From Raillietiella orientalis (lineage: Eukaryota), in contig JAYWIR010000005.1 in assembly GCA_036172245.1 (NCBI GenBank), positions 4,092,001-4,156,000 of the forward strand: 64,000 bases of DNA. Reading direction: 5' to 3'. The position numbers and the translations under genes were made by a program. The notes beneath the pieces were generated by a model. The model made no database searches. It was not told the DNA's origin and saw nothing but the letters and a program-made list of their open reading frames with translations. Positions 1-12,779 of this stretch are shown here, piece after piece (the first letter of the stretch is position 1; each line of letters opens with the position of its first letter).

Positions 1-608
1 GTGCGTGTTCATTTTTCAAGCAAGTTGCTGCAGAACTCAGGTGATTCCATGCGTTCTGCTCGAGCACTCAGGTGATTCAGGGTGATTTTGGTACCGTATT
101 GCAGAGGCGATTTCCAATACTGGAAAGCGACTGCTTTCAGACTTTGAGAGCATTATCTAAGTTAACCAAGTAGGCTTCTAGTAATGAAATTGGGTTCCTA
201 AGGCAGCATTTTCAAAGTTCGTTTAGTGGATGTGGCACAAACAGAAAGAACTCTTTGTACATGTTTGTGAGAAAACCAGCAAAGAGAAAGCACATATTTC
301 GAAGCATGTGTGTGTTTTTTCCCATTAAGTGAGCTATGAATGTGACTCCGTATCCCACGGTAGACATAAACATGCTTATCGCAAAGTTATACCGATCTTT
401 CATGTAGTACCTGCCACATCCGTGTCTCTTGTGTCCCAAATGTCACATGGCACATCTCCCGTACGAGGTTGACTGACTTGACGAACTTGCTTTTACCTCG
501 GATGTCCATTCACGTCCAGTTCAGCTGCACTTTTGGTTTCAAATCATATCTCTCTCCTTCCATGAGCAGCATCATCATAGAAGTCGCTCCTCCCTCCCTC
601 TGCCACGA

Positions 609-665
609 ACATTCGTGTAGTGTTAGAGAAGAATCAAAGGAGAACTCCAGAGTGCACTCTGAACA
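609..665 (-). pseudogene. Decayed C2H2-type zinc-finger motif, probably part of a zinc-finger gene relic nested antisense in the NFI intron
   Basis: Minus-strand translation CSECTLEFSFDSSLTLHEC fits C-x2-C-x3-F-x5-L-x2-H exactly and is followed by x-C. Weaker finger-like remnants, broken by stops and frameshifts, lie at about 320-385 (LCDKHVYVYRGIRSHIHSS) and 95-152 (CSQSLKAVAFQYWKSPLQY). Confidence 0.4.
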
Positions 666-1079
666 TCTGTTGTAATAATACACATGTTCGAGACTTTGGC
701 ATTCATGGATCTTCTTTCCTAGCAGAACTGATACGTCATCTTCACCAGGGATTCGCATATTTGCACGAATACGGCTATCGCATGCGGCCACGAAGAAGAA
801 CTCATGTGCCGGAGAGAGTCTCCGTATTTCCATAAAACGACACTTTCGTTTTCTTTTCAACATTTACCTTCGAATCAATCCGATATTGGCCGTATTTCGT
901 GTGTGCGTTCTCATCATGATGCAAAACGATTTCGGGTTCCGTTCTTTCAGTTGAGGTTCGGAATGCTTTCGGTGCCGCACAGAGTTTTTGGAAAGGAAAG
1001 CCCAATACTGAGTGACTTTTGTTTTATAATTTCATCTTTGCATCTCACGTGCCCCTCCTGTCTAGATCACATCACAGAT

Positions 1080-1196
1080 CTGTAGAGGACAGGAGTCAGC
1101 ACCAAGAAACGAGGGTTCGGTGATTTTTTCCGCGGAGCGAGAATCCAGTTTCATCTCTGGTTGTGTTGTTTTCAGCATGTTGGAATCTTCACTTAC
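1080..1196 (-). other. Candidate minus-strand spliceosomal intron (117 nt)
   Basis: The reverse complement reads AAG|GTAAGT ... GCTGAC-TCCTGTCCTCTACAG|, giving a consensus donor, branch point, pyrimidine tract and CAG acceptor. The spliced junction reaches a stop within a few codons in all three frames. Confidence 0.45.
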
Positions 1197-4100
1197 CTTC
1201 CTGCTTTTGATAAAATGTTATTTTCAAAGACTATTATACGTCAATTGCAGCAATTTCGAGAGAAAGGGACTTTGTCGAGGTATCTGGATCAGTAGGTAAA
1301 ACATTCACTTTCAAGATATATCTGTTCCCCAAAACATCTTTATCGCCAAACTGTGCACACGATAGTGCATTGAAGTATTTGCGTGGATCTCTTGAATTTT
1401 TTGCTTTGTTCCTTGGCATGGAATATCATCCAAAACTTCATGCATCTGCCCAATTAAAACTGTTGTCAGTGTTGTGACAGATGTGTTTCCGTAAATATTA
1501 TTTGAAAGAGTATTTATTTCAGTACATAGACTTGGCTGTGCACAACTTTTGAGATGGATCTTTCAGGGTCTTTGCTTCTCATCTTTTCCGTTTGCAACCT
1601 TTCGGAATATTCGTCAAACTTGACTGAATGTCCACGTCCGCATCTTTTCATTTTTCGGAAACATTTCAATGTGCTCACAAAATTAATGTAAAGAGTATTT
1701 ATTTATTTGTTGTGTCTTACTTGGCTTTTTTTTTTTTTTTTTTCATTTTAGAACGTGTTGTGTATATGTGCTGTGTATACGTACGTCATGCGTTTTTCTT
1801 TACAGAAATTTTTGACACTTTATTCGTGCATCCAGAATCCTTCTTCAACTCCGTAAATATATCGCGCGCGTGTGTTTTTAGTGATTTGCTCTGATTCACT
1901 GCGGGCGCTTTTTTAAAAAAAAAAAAAAAAAAAATCTCGATATCACATGGTATCCCTGCTGCCTTCCAAAGAAGAACCTATGGGGATGACCCATGTTTTC
2001 TTGCTGGAAACTGACGTCTCTTTTTTGGTCCTTCGGCCCTCTCCTCTGTGGTCTTTCTGATCCTCGTTTTTTTTCCTCGTCATTAAGGACATGCAACAAA
2101 AAGTATCCTGCGGAAAAAGAAAAAAACAATTGTCATTAAAAAAAACTTGACATTTGTTAATGCTTTTGTTTTAAAGTTATTTTCACGATATCATTGACTT
2201 TTGTTTGTGAAGCTTGGTCGTTTCTCTTCAAACCTATGAGTTTCATTCAGTATTCCTCAATGACTTTCACATAAGAATGCTCCGGATATGCACATGCAAG
2301 ACATTCCTCTGTGTGCTTTTATCATTTCATTTTGCATTTGCATAGTGCGTTTGCTTTTCACTTAATTCGGCTGAAGTTTCCGTGTAGATGAAGCTAAATT
2401 TTGTTAATCTTCTGAGACGTCAAGATGTGAGGAGGAGATGCAGGACGATTGAAACAAGTCTACTCGGATGGGGAACAGACAAGTCTAAAAAGAGTTTTTC
2501 GATGCTGCATCCGTTCATGCAGATATTTTTTTTTATGAGTATTTTTTTCCCTCCTGCCTGTTGCAATATGCATTCTCTTCCAAGTACATAATCGTGTGAT
2601 TTAATCGTAGTTTTTTGCCACACACAAAAAAAAAATCGTAACTCTCGAAAAGTTGTGTGGTTGGCATCAGTCGATTCATCGTGCTTAATGGATGCAAGGA
2701 ATTTCAAATTTGTATACAAGTTGTCTTATTATTTTGATCTACAAGAAGGAACAACGTTGCTTGGTAAACTACCATGTGTTGAGCGAACCACCCGAGGTAT
2801 CCGAATTGCGGAGACGCCTTTGCAGAGATTTTAGTCCATCCACTGTTGCTAGAATGCATTTTAATCACCGTAATTGAACTCTCTTTGCAGCTCACTGGGT
2901 ATATCCATATCGAAAGCACTGTAAATTCAGTAGGAACCTGCAAGAAAGCCGTTTTAAAAAAAACCTGAACATGAAGCAGCAGTGGATGGTTAGTGTGAAC
3001 GCGTGTCCACTCGCCTTCTTTCAAGAAGTCCAATATAAACGGATTGTACAAAGTTTAAGGATGCATCAAAAGTGCTAGTATTCTATAAGACAGGAAAAAA
3101 AAAAAAAAAGGGAAAAAGAAAAAGAAAAACACAGTGGAGCTACTCTGTTTTAAAAACTAAGAGATCTGTCTCCTGAGTGATGCACAGCAGTCGGTGAAGG
3201 ACGTGCAGACTGGATGAGCAGAACAATTTGAAACTGTTGAGAATTCGGAGAAATCGAAGACGTGGTTCTTGGGGTTTGATGAGATGTAGTTTTGAGTAGG
3301 TTGTTTTAATTAGGGGTTGACATCGTGGAAACAAGTGTGTCATCCCAGAAGTTGACAAAAAGAGGATAGGGATGTAATTATAGGAGTCGCACATTGCGGA
3401 AAATCACGTTCAGTCCTGAATTTGTGTGTCAGAAAGATGAAAACCGACGATTCCAAAACTCGTGAAGTCGATGGAATGCGGATGGAATCCATGATTTGGG
3501 ATCATGAGCATTCAAATTAAAAGAAAGAGCTCGTCGGTAGCCAGTAAATTGCACAGTGATTCTTTTTTCATTAATGTGCCATGCACGGGCACCGGATGGC
3601 TGACGTACAAGAAGAAACGAACGTGCCATTGGAAGAAAGCTTAGTCCCTGAATAGTACACTCGTGATAGCACGATGTTCTGCTATTTGTATACTGAGCTT
3701 TTCCTCAATATAAAAAAAATCAGTGATTTTTTATCGCATTGTGTGTTTGATTTTTTCACCGTGTGCTTATTGCCCGAGAGAAACGTGTGGTCACCATGCA
3801 AGAATAGATTTTTCATGTCAGCAGGATCCAGTTTCGCTTTTCTTCTAATTTTGTTCTAAACGTTGTAACGATTTCGAAAATGGATGTGTAATGAGTGACT
3901 GAGCAAACGTGACGATGACGATCCAGACTCCAAGAATATGATCGAATTATGCTCGAACTGGAAGTCAGAATCCTTATTATTCGTTTCATCTTCCAGCTCT
4001 CGTTTTCGCTGTTTTTTTTTTTTTTTTGACATTAGAGTGCTACTTTTTTTCATTCGGAAACGTGAATATTGAAATTGGTTGAGCGTGGTACCTATTCCTG

Positions 4101-5207
4101 AAAAGAAATGGTTCTTTCTTTCACAGGCATTTTGATGCATGACAGCATTAAAGCAGACACATCTAAATTCAATTCGTATCACTAGTAACGCGTTGGTGGA
4201 CACCAATGCCCATTTTTCGGGAAACGCAAACAATTTGGCTGTTTTGGTTGAGTTTCTCTCGAAACCCTCGTAGGTGTACGAATATGTTATTATTATTCAA
4301 TTAAATTTGTGGTTTTGTCGCAAATGTGAAAGTATGCTGATTTTCAATATCAGTAAAGCAATAATAGGCTTTCCGGGAATCCAAGTTCGCTGGTGTTAGA
4401 GGATACAGATGTAAAAATGGATGGACCATCGAAATTCATTACTTCGAAGAGTGTATTGTGAAGCTCTTTTAGGATCCGGTCCAGACTTGTTGTTGAGCGG
4501 GACGGTATGGTGCCGTATGGGATGATCTCTTACTGCCAAGATGAGCGTAGGTGTATTGTTATCCTGGACCGCACCTCGTTCTGGTGACTCCCGTTGTCCG
4601 TAGTGCCCGATGGGTGCTTCGAATTGAGTGCGCGATGTTTAGTCTTGGAGCTGCGGGAACGCTCTTTTCATCCGTGCCGTTGTCGAAACCACGCTGCGTG
4701 TTGTCGACGGAGGACCTGTGTATCTTTACAGAAGTCTCTGCAGTATCCGAAACGGATTCTTCGCTTTCTCTCCGGAAACGTTCTTAACCTGAACACCTCC
4801 AGCATTCGGGTCTCACCGATCTGTACGTGTGCATATACATGTTGGCAAACATGCGTGCTCAGCACAGACCGTGCAGATCTGTGGCCGTACATTAATTCGT
4901 ATACGAACACGGAATATGCATCACCAATGTAACGGATTTTATACTCGTGCATGGAATAATCAAAACAGTGTATGCATAAATCCTTGTGGAACAAAAAGTA
5001 ACCACTGCGATACGTCATCCCATCGGGTGACGTGTTACGTCCAGCGTACAATGGGAAGAGAACCGAGTGCGAATGGCACGCATGCCGGTGCATTTCCATT
5101 GTGTTGGACCTGACGCATGATGTGTGATTATTTGTTTTGTGTCTTTTTGCAATTGTTTTTCGATGTTTTGCCATTTTTTCTAATATGTTGATGTTGCTTT
5201 TGTGTAG

Positions 5208-5399
5208 AATGAAAAATCCGAAGTAAAGCAAAAATGGGCATCTCGATTGTTGGGAAAGCTTCGCAAAGATATTACTCAGGAATGCCGAGAAGATTTCGTT
5301 CTTAGCATCACGGGAAAGAAAAGAACCGTATGTGTTCTCTCCAATCCTGACCAGAAGGGCAAAATGAGGAGAATAGATTGTCTCCGGCAGGCTGACAAA
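5208..5399 (+). CDS. NFI: Nuclear factor I, DNA-binding/dimerisation domain exon (first exon visible in the window)
   Basis: Encodes [64 protein letters not shown], the hallmark CTF/NFI sequence. Acceptor tttgtgtag|, donor |gtaatt, phase 0-0. Confidence 0.97.
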
Positions 5400-7803
5400 G
5401 TAATTTCTAACTCCTGCAGCTCCGACGTTTTGAGTTCCCTTCTCCTCTCCCTCTTCCCTCATCCTTCCTCCCCTCCCGGTCCATGCATCTCTTCCCGAAC
5501 TGCTTTCTGTGGATTTACGTAAGCGGTGTCTTGCCATGCATGCCTTGTTAATCAGAGCAATATAAATTTCTCAAGTCCTGTCGAATGACCGCTCATTATC
5601 AAAACTGACTCCGTCCTAGCAGCTCACTACCGTTTCCCCTTCGAGCCGAGTCCTCTTTTGGGATGCACTTGGTTCGACTTTCCCTGCTTCGGTGTTTCTT
5701 CCGCTTTCCCGTTTCCCTGCCTTTGCGAGTCGTTTCAATTTGGTTCTCGTCTTTTCCCCCCTCCCCCTTCCCCCCCCCCCCTACGAATTAAGACGGGTTC
5801 ACGACGACCGCCTGCCCTGCGCATCATGAGCGCTCCCGTCGCAAGGGACGCGGCGGCCACTCTTGCATCACAAGGCAGATGGAAGCAACAGGCTCTCGGC
5901 CGTGGAGCCGCTGTTGCTTTGGAAGAGGGTCGGCTTCTCCGAAGTTTCCATTTCATGTTTCAGAGCTGACCACCAGTCGCTTCACTCCACCCCTGGATTT
6001 GTGCGTGCACGAAAATACATGTACATACTTGTATGTATGTATGCACACGTAGGCAAGTACGCGCGCACATGCAGGCGATCCCTCAGAATTGCGATTTATT
6101 TTCTCGCTGCTGTGAAGAAGGCTGGGTCGGAAAAGAGTTCGTGTTTGGGCTGCTTTTCTGTATTTGTGCGAAGACTTCGATTCCCGCAAAGATGACTCTT
6201 GGGGGCTTTTTTTATTTCACGGAAGAAAAGCGAAAAGTAACCTTGAAAGAGCCGTGCCGGTTCGTTTTTTAATGGTCTTTCCGACGAGAGCCACCCCCAC
6301 CTATGATGCGCTTCTGCTCGCCATGCATCAGCGAATCACGACTGGAGCCGAGAGCAAGCCTTCGCTTGAGGGAAGACATACACTCCTTGTCCAGTTTTGC
6401 ACCGCGACCGTACGACCATGCCTTGTGGGTTCCGCACGTTACACGTGCCCGCGAACGAGGGTACTTCCCCCCTCCCTTCCCCTTATGTTCCTCTTCAACT
6501 TTCCTTTTGAACAAATTCGATTGCAGGGAGCATATGGTGATGAGTACGTTACCGCCAACTTATTGGTTCTGTTTCTTGTTAATCTGGAACGTCGCGAACC
6601 TTCTATCTGTTTTCCCCCCCCCCCGGTCCATAAATCTTCCTCAACACATCTGCTTTTCGTACTTGTGTTGATCGTTTGCGGGAGGAGGGGGAGGGGGGTA
6701 AATTTTTGGAACTTACCCACATTCGAGGTAAGTATCGAAGATGGTCAGCTGATTTTGCGCCTTCCCCCCCCCCCCCCCGGAGAGCATCAGGTTGAAATCG
6801 GGCGTCTTCCAGCTATGTTGGCTCACTTTCTCTTTGGCCGTTTTTCCTGTATTTTCTTCCAACTTGGACGTTTCTACTCAAGGGAACAGACCTTCCCGTT
6901 CTCGTTGTTCTGAATATTAAAACGCCTGCTCTCGAAAGTTGTCATAAGAGTTCCTTCATTATAAACCCTGTTGCTGCAGGTTTTTCTTTTTTTTTCCTTT
7001 CCCGTCCTCGACATCTCGTTCTGTTGGTTCTTCCTGCAGCTGAACTTTATCACGTTTGTAAGTGTAATTCACTTCATTAGCACCACCTATTTCCCTAGGT
7101 ACTTTCGAGAGCAGATTTCTTAGGGCCGTCGTCATCCCTAGCTTTCGGGATCTCAGTTTTCAGGAATGCGCGTTTTTCTGTAGTGCTGTTTGTTGTTTCT
7201 GGAGACTGTTCTCGTTGTTCTTCCCCCCTCCTCCTTCAACAGATTCTAGGACTTTGAGAATTTCCTTCCCAAGGTAAGAACTGTTATTTGTTCGCAGCAC
7301 AGAGTTCTTGTGTTTCCTAACGGGTTGCCGCTTCCAGCTTCCCGAACTGCTGATCATGTGTGTCACCATGTATCTCTGTATCACGGCTGTTTTCCGTAAC
7401 CAGCCTTATCTTGCTTCTGTCGCGTGGTTTGCATTATGCTGCCTATGTAAATGATCCAACAAATAACGGTCATTCTGCCAAGTAAATGGATTCTACACAC
7501 CAGAAATACATTTGGTGCATTTTCCATTATGGTTCCGATTCCTGGGACAGTTGAACAGTGGAAAAGAGGAAAAAGAAGGAAACACGACATTCAGGAGCTT
7601 TCTAGATTTATCGCTGTATTCAGCCATGTGTGCCTTTATCATATTTTTTCCTTTTTCAACACATAAACATACTTTGTTGTGACCGTGCATGTGTGCCTTG
7701 AGAAAGCCCGAAGAGTCTGCGAGGATCATGGTAGAGTCGAGAGAAAGCTTTCTAATTCAGTTATCCTTTCCAATCCACCACTAACCGTTGTCTATGTTTT
7801 CAG

Positions 7804-7987
7804 GTATGGAGATTAGATCTCGTGATGGTTATCCTATTCAAAGCCATACCACTTGAAAGCACCGACGGAGAGCGCTTGGAAAAATCACCCCATTGCCTCA
7901 ATCATGGTTTATGTGTAAACCCGTATCATATAAATGTTTCCGTCCGAGAACTTGATCTTTATTTATCCAACTATATAAACTGTCATG
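7804..7987 (+). CDS. NFI: Nuclear factor I, second half of the DNA-binding domain
   Basis: Encodes [61 protein letters not shown], continuing the canonical ADK-VWRLDL junction with the conserved cysteines. Acceptor ttttcag|, donor g|gtaatt, phase 0-1. Confidence 0.97.
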
Positions 7988-8881
7988 GTAATTTTCTTTT
8001 TTTTTTTTTTTGAGATTTCCTCTTTGAAGTGAGTTTGTCACGAGAAGAAAACCATCCGATAGAATTGTTCGAATGCGAAGGCAGAGTCTGTAGAACTTGG
8101 TTGTCCGTCCGGTCAGCCAGTTTGCCACTAGAAATAGAGCGAGACACGGGGGGGGGGGGACACACTGAGATCCCCGCGAATTTTCACTACATGTCGTCAC
8201 GTTAGTTCACTTTTTTTTTTTTTTTCCTGCTGGCATCTGAATGTATTTGTTTATAGTTTCCCTGTTTTATTACTACGTCTCGGAGTGCCATTGAATGCTC
8301 AGTCCGTCGAAACTTTTTGCATCAGGAGAAAGAGCGTGCTGAAATCTGCAACTACTTTTTTTTTTTTTTCTTTGCAACTTCAGTTTTTGTCCTGATGATC
8401 GGCGATGCTTCGTAAGACGATAGAATGTAGATGATAGCCTCGATGTAGAAACGCAGGCTTTGTTCTCTTAAAGCTGAAAACGTAGTGCATTTTCGTTTCG
8501 CCATAGCAACCACTTATGTACGAATGCATCAGCTTCTTAAGAAAAAAAAAAAAAAAAAAAAGATCGAAGCGATCCCTCCATACGGTTCCCTGTTTTTCTA
8601 ATGCTCCTTATTCCTTTTCAACTCGAATGAGGCATGAGTGAATTGTGTGGAGCGTATCTTCATCATTCAGACATACGGAATCGTGCTTAACGGATGGACG
8701 CGGGTTCGCAGTCCGGATTATAAGCTTGTTTTCTGCATCCCCCTCCTCCCCCGTACTTCTCGATTGCCGTTCCTTGCTAGTGCGTTCCCGTGCTTGCTGA
8801 AAAGCGTAATCTTTTGAAATTCCATCAAGCCCCCGAAAGATAAATTCTCCTTCCTGGAAACCAAACTGCACGTGTAACGCT

Positions 8882-8936
8882 CAGGCTGAACGAATACCAG
8901 TTGAGCAAACTCATCTGAACGTATTCATTCAGCCTG
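8882..8936. other. Intronic imperfect inverted repeat (hairpin of about 55 nt)
   Basis: CAGGCTGAACGAATAC (8882-8897) pairs with GTATTCATTCAGCCTG (8921-8936) at 15/16 positions. An inner stem CAGTTGAG/CTCATCTG closes a CAAA loop, with a 3-nt bulge. Confidence 0.75.
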
Positions 8937-10632
8937 GATGTAAGTGTTCCCACAAACTTAATAAAGAATTGCATGAACCGCAAAGCCATTCGCCTGGAAT
9001 CAGGGAAGCGAAGGTTTCGGTGCCGGTTTTTTTGGCATCTCGCGCAATAGAAAGTGAAAAAATGACCTCAGGCTCGTTCCAGCTGTGATAATAAGTGTCC
9101 TTCTCCTCTTTCACACGCGCTTCTTGTGCACGTGCGTGGGTGTGTGTATGGATGTGCATGCGTTTTGGTGTATGTGTGTCCGGAAGTGTCTGCATGTGCA
9201 TGTAGGTTGATGGAGCACATCCCGTGCTTTCCAAATTAGTGGATCTCTTTTTATCGGTCCTTTACATAGCTGATGCTTTTCCTTTGCGATGATTTGATCA
9301 GTGCAGATTTCGTGACTGTAGCATTTTCTGTTTTTCGTGATGCTTTTCGTGTGTACAAAATGCGGGAGTGCTTCGTTACATTTTGGAACTTACGGATCCC
9401 ATTCTATTCATTATTCGCGCATGCATCCATCCTCCGGCAGCAGGTCCATCTCTCATAAGTACCAGCACCCATCTAGGTTTTCTCCTCGAGGCCAGCCGTG
9501 CACTTGGAATTCGGGGAGCGGCAGTTGAAGCAAACTGTGCGTGGGGTAGCTCGAACACAGCCTAGAACACACGTGCATGCACATGGTACATTAATTCACT
9601 ACATGTTATGCATTGAGGTTTTGTACTTCGAAGGGGGTCTGTTTTCAAAATAGCAGTTTTCCGTTTGGATAGTAACATTTTCTGAATCTATTAAGCACTG
9701 CTACTGTTTCATTGCCCCTTCTCCGGTTCCTTTTTCGTGACGATTTCAAAGTGTGTGTGTTTCCCTTTGTTCGTGTGTGCATTCAGATGTTACGTTCCAA
9801 TAGACGATGACAGGAGTGCAAGAATCAAGTGTTCTTGATGAAATTTTCCTTGCTGGTTAGAATTTTCAAGAAAGTCTGTTATGGCAAATTAAGAACGATG
9901 AGCGATAACTTTGAAGAGAAACAGCTAACTAGATAAAAGTTTGCAGCGTGCTTGCCCTGGCCCGAGCGAGCTCAGGACGTATCGCCACGGAGACCAATCA
10001 CACGATGGTCGTCCTCGGAGGACTCTGGTTCGCCTGATTGTGGAGGTCCACGTGGTCTCGAAACACGAAGATCGGCCGTGCACAAACACGGAGCCACCTG
10101 ATGCTCTGCCGTGCGCGCCCCATGGGGAAGGGAAAGAAAAAGAAGATCTTGCAACGCTGGTTGGTGCCCATCGTCCGGTGTGGTTTGCGGAAACCTCTGT
10201 TCGGTCTCGAGCGCACGAGGGAACGCGAGAGGTGGGCAGAGACGAAACGGGAGTGATCCCAGTGATGTGAAATTCGGAGAATATCCATTCCCAGGATCTT
10301 TTGAACGGGATCACGAAAGCGATTCCTCTTAATCAGATTCCGCAGTGTCAAGAACGAGTCACGAAAACGAAAACGATTAGGCGTTCCTTGAAGTATTGAA
10401 TTCATTCGCTCGTGTTCTCAGTCGCTCTTAAAGAGTTGGCAGCGCACAATTTGCGTATTTTTTTTAATTTTTTAAAAAGTTTTCCTCCCTGGAAACTTAC
10501 GGGCTACTGTGATGATCTCGGAGCCTTCTTTTCGCTGTCAGTAAATTCCTGCTTCTGATCTCACAGTGCTGTATTTTGAGGTCAAACGGTAGCTGCTGCA
10601 TGCATATGTTTTCAAAGCATTCGGAGGAAAGC

Positions 10633-10680
10633 TGTGTGTGTGTGTGTGTGTGTGTTTTTTTTTTTTTGGGGGGGGGGGGG
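10633..10680. repeat. Compound simple repeat: (TG)n, poly-T, poly-G
   Basis: Directly visible in the sequence. Confidence 0.9.
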
Positions 10681-12750
10681 AGGTTCTACGGAAAGTACGT
10701 TTCCAGCTACCGAAAATACTGGAAGGCGTTCCAGGAGAATTGGGATTCCAGCATTTCTGGTGGTGTTCACTTTCAGCACTATCTTGTGCATTTCTATTCT
10801 GTTCCTAACTGTACAGAGGAAGCACAGTCCTTTAACCAACTCGAAACTCGAAATATTTTTAAATTTCGGTTAAAGTTGGAACCAATAAGTTTTGTATTCC
10901 CATGCAAATAATGACGATGATGAATGGTCCCGTCCGTGCAATTTTACCGTCTTCTGTTGGATGCGACTGCCGCAAGATGAAGTCCCAGTTGTTGAAGTGA
11001 ACGAAAAAAACTCATGAATTAATAGGATACAAGTGAAAAATAGTGCGCCGGGTTCCAATGAAGTGGCGAGTTTTCTGAATCCTCCGGAAAATGCATCAGA
11101 GAGTACCGTGATCGAATAGGGGATTACTGTGAGCAGAACAGAGCAAAAGCACGCTGACTTCTGACGTTGTAGAAAAGGGTCCAGAGGCTTTTGTTGCTTG
11201 GTTGCATATTTGATCGCCTGGATCGCCAGGAATCATCGGCGGATGCGTCGAGTTGCTGAAGGAAAATTCTCCGAAGGAAATCGTGTTGTGCAAACATTCG
11301 GAAAGGTAGAAGCGGAAGGCACGAAACACCTGTGGCCATGGAGGAAGTTTTGGAAACCGACTTGTTCGGTTGTATCCTCACCAGTCCTCTCAGATGGCAG
11401 CTATGGGAGCAGACCTTTGGATCAGACTCTTCTTTTTTCCTCCTGCACGTAGGCAGTCGGGAAGCCATCGTGGGTGCGGAAGAATAAATTTCCTTTTCAC
11501 GTCATCAGTGATCCAGAATGATCCGGAATGATCTTTCCGGAAAGAAAGATACCCAAAGAATGCCCAACTTTGAAGCATCTGAAGTTAAAATATTGAAAAT
11601 TCTACAGCTCGCTAGACGCGAAGCCAAACAGGATAGTCTCCCGTATAAATACGGCCTTCCCCGCACTAGCAAATAAATAACAGGTCAGCGGTTTCGGGAC
11701 CAGGAAGTGCATGCAATGTAAGGATCCATTCGCGTATTGGAACGAAAAGAAGAAGAAGAAGAAGAAGGGGAGACTTTGTTGATTCTGTGTGGAATGGCTC
11801 TGGAACTAGCTGCAAAATGGTGCTTGAAAGAAAATTGAAAACTTTTTAAGGATGCAAGTAGTTTTAGGATTCGAAGACTTTGGTGGGATGATGCGTGCTG
11901 TACACCAAGGCTGTATCATTTACAAATTGAAAATTTGAATTTGCAAGAAAGGAAATCAGAAGGGTATCGATGGAGTCGTCGAAACCGCGAAAGCGAAATC
12001 ATATTTGGAACGAAACAAATAGAAAACAAAAAGGGTGAAAGAAAGCCAAACAAAAAAGAATGAGAAGAAGAGCACTGCTCGTCGTTGCAGAGATGTAACG
12101 ATTGCAAAGAACACAAAAGAAAAGAAAGAAAAAAAAATGGAGAGCTGTACTCTTCCGTATTACTTTTAAGACGTGTTGCATGGCTTCTCCGTCACTTCAC
12201 AAAGATCGCAATTCGCCAACTGCAGCTCATGCAGCGTTTAATGTTGCATGCGATGTAACTCATCTCGAGTTCAGCATTTCATTTTTCACTTAAAAAGGGA
12301 GAACGAGAGGAGAACAGACCGAGGCGAGTGTACAGGACACAGAGAGAACATCTGCCGAGAGTCGAAAACTCGTCCGTTGACAAGAATCTCTCTCTCTCTC
12401 TCTCTCTTTTTTGTTTTGCTGCAAAAGGAAGCGCTCGCTCGCATCGGTGTGGGGAGGCGGCAAACTCTCGCCTGTGTTCCTGAGGGAAAGGAAATGCCAT
12501 CAGCAAGGAACTCTCATCCCAAGTAAACGGTCAAGATTGAACGGAATGTCCGAGCTTGGATCGTAAGCCTCCCAGCGCGCGTCCGGAATTCCCTTCTGTG
12601 CACGTACACCATCGATACGGCGACGGCAGCCGCGAAGGGGGGGGGGAGGGGTTCCTGCAGATTTCACACCCACTAGGAGGATGAGGAGGAAGCATTTTGT
12701 GAAGGCCTCTTTTTGAATTCCAACCTGCCGATTCGCACCGCATTCAGTGT

Positions 12751-12779
12751 GTCGTCGTCGTCGTCGTCGTCGTCGTCGT
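12751..12779. repeat. (GTC)n microsatellite
   Basis: About 9-10 tandem GTC units. Confidence 0.9.

Noticed and set aside
36..88. Short direct repeat ACTCAGGTGATTC (twice) plus a partial third copy; possible CRISPR-like array
   Set aside because: Only two short copies in a eukaryotic context with no cas genes; a simple local duplication.
1..5207. Upstream NFI exon(s) encoding DEFHPFIEALLP...KRKYFKKHEKRM
   Set aside because: I could not find this sequence on the + strand, so it presumably lies 5' of the window.
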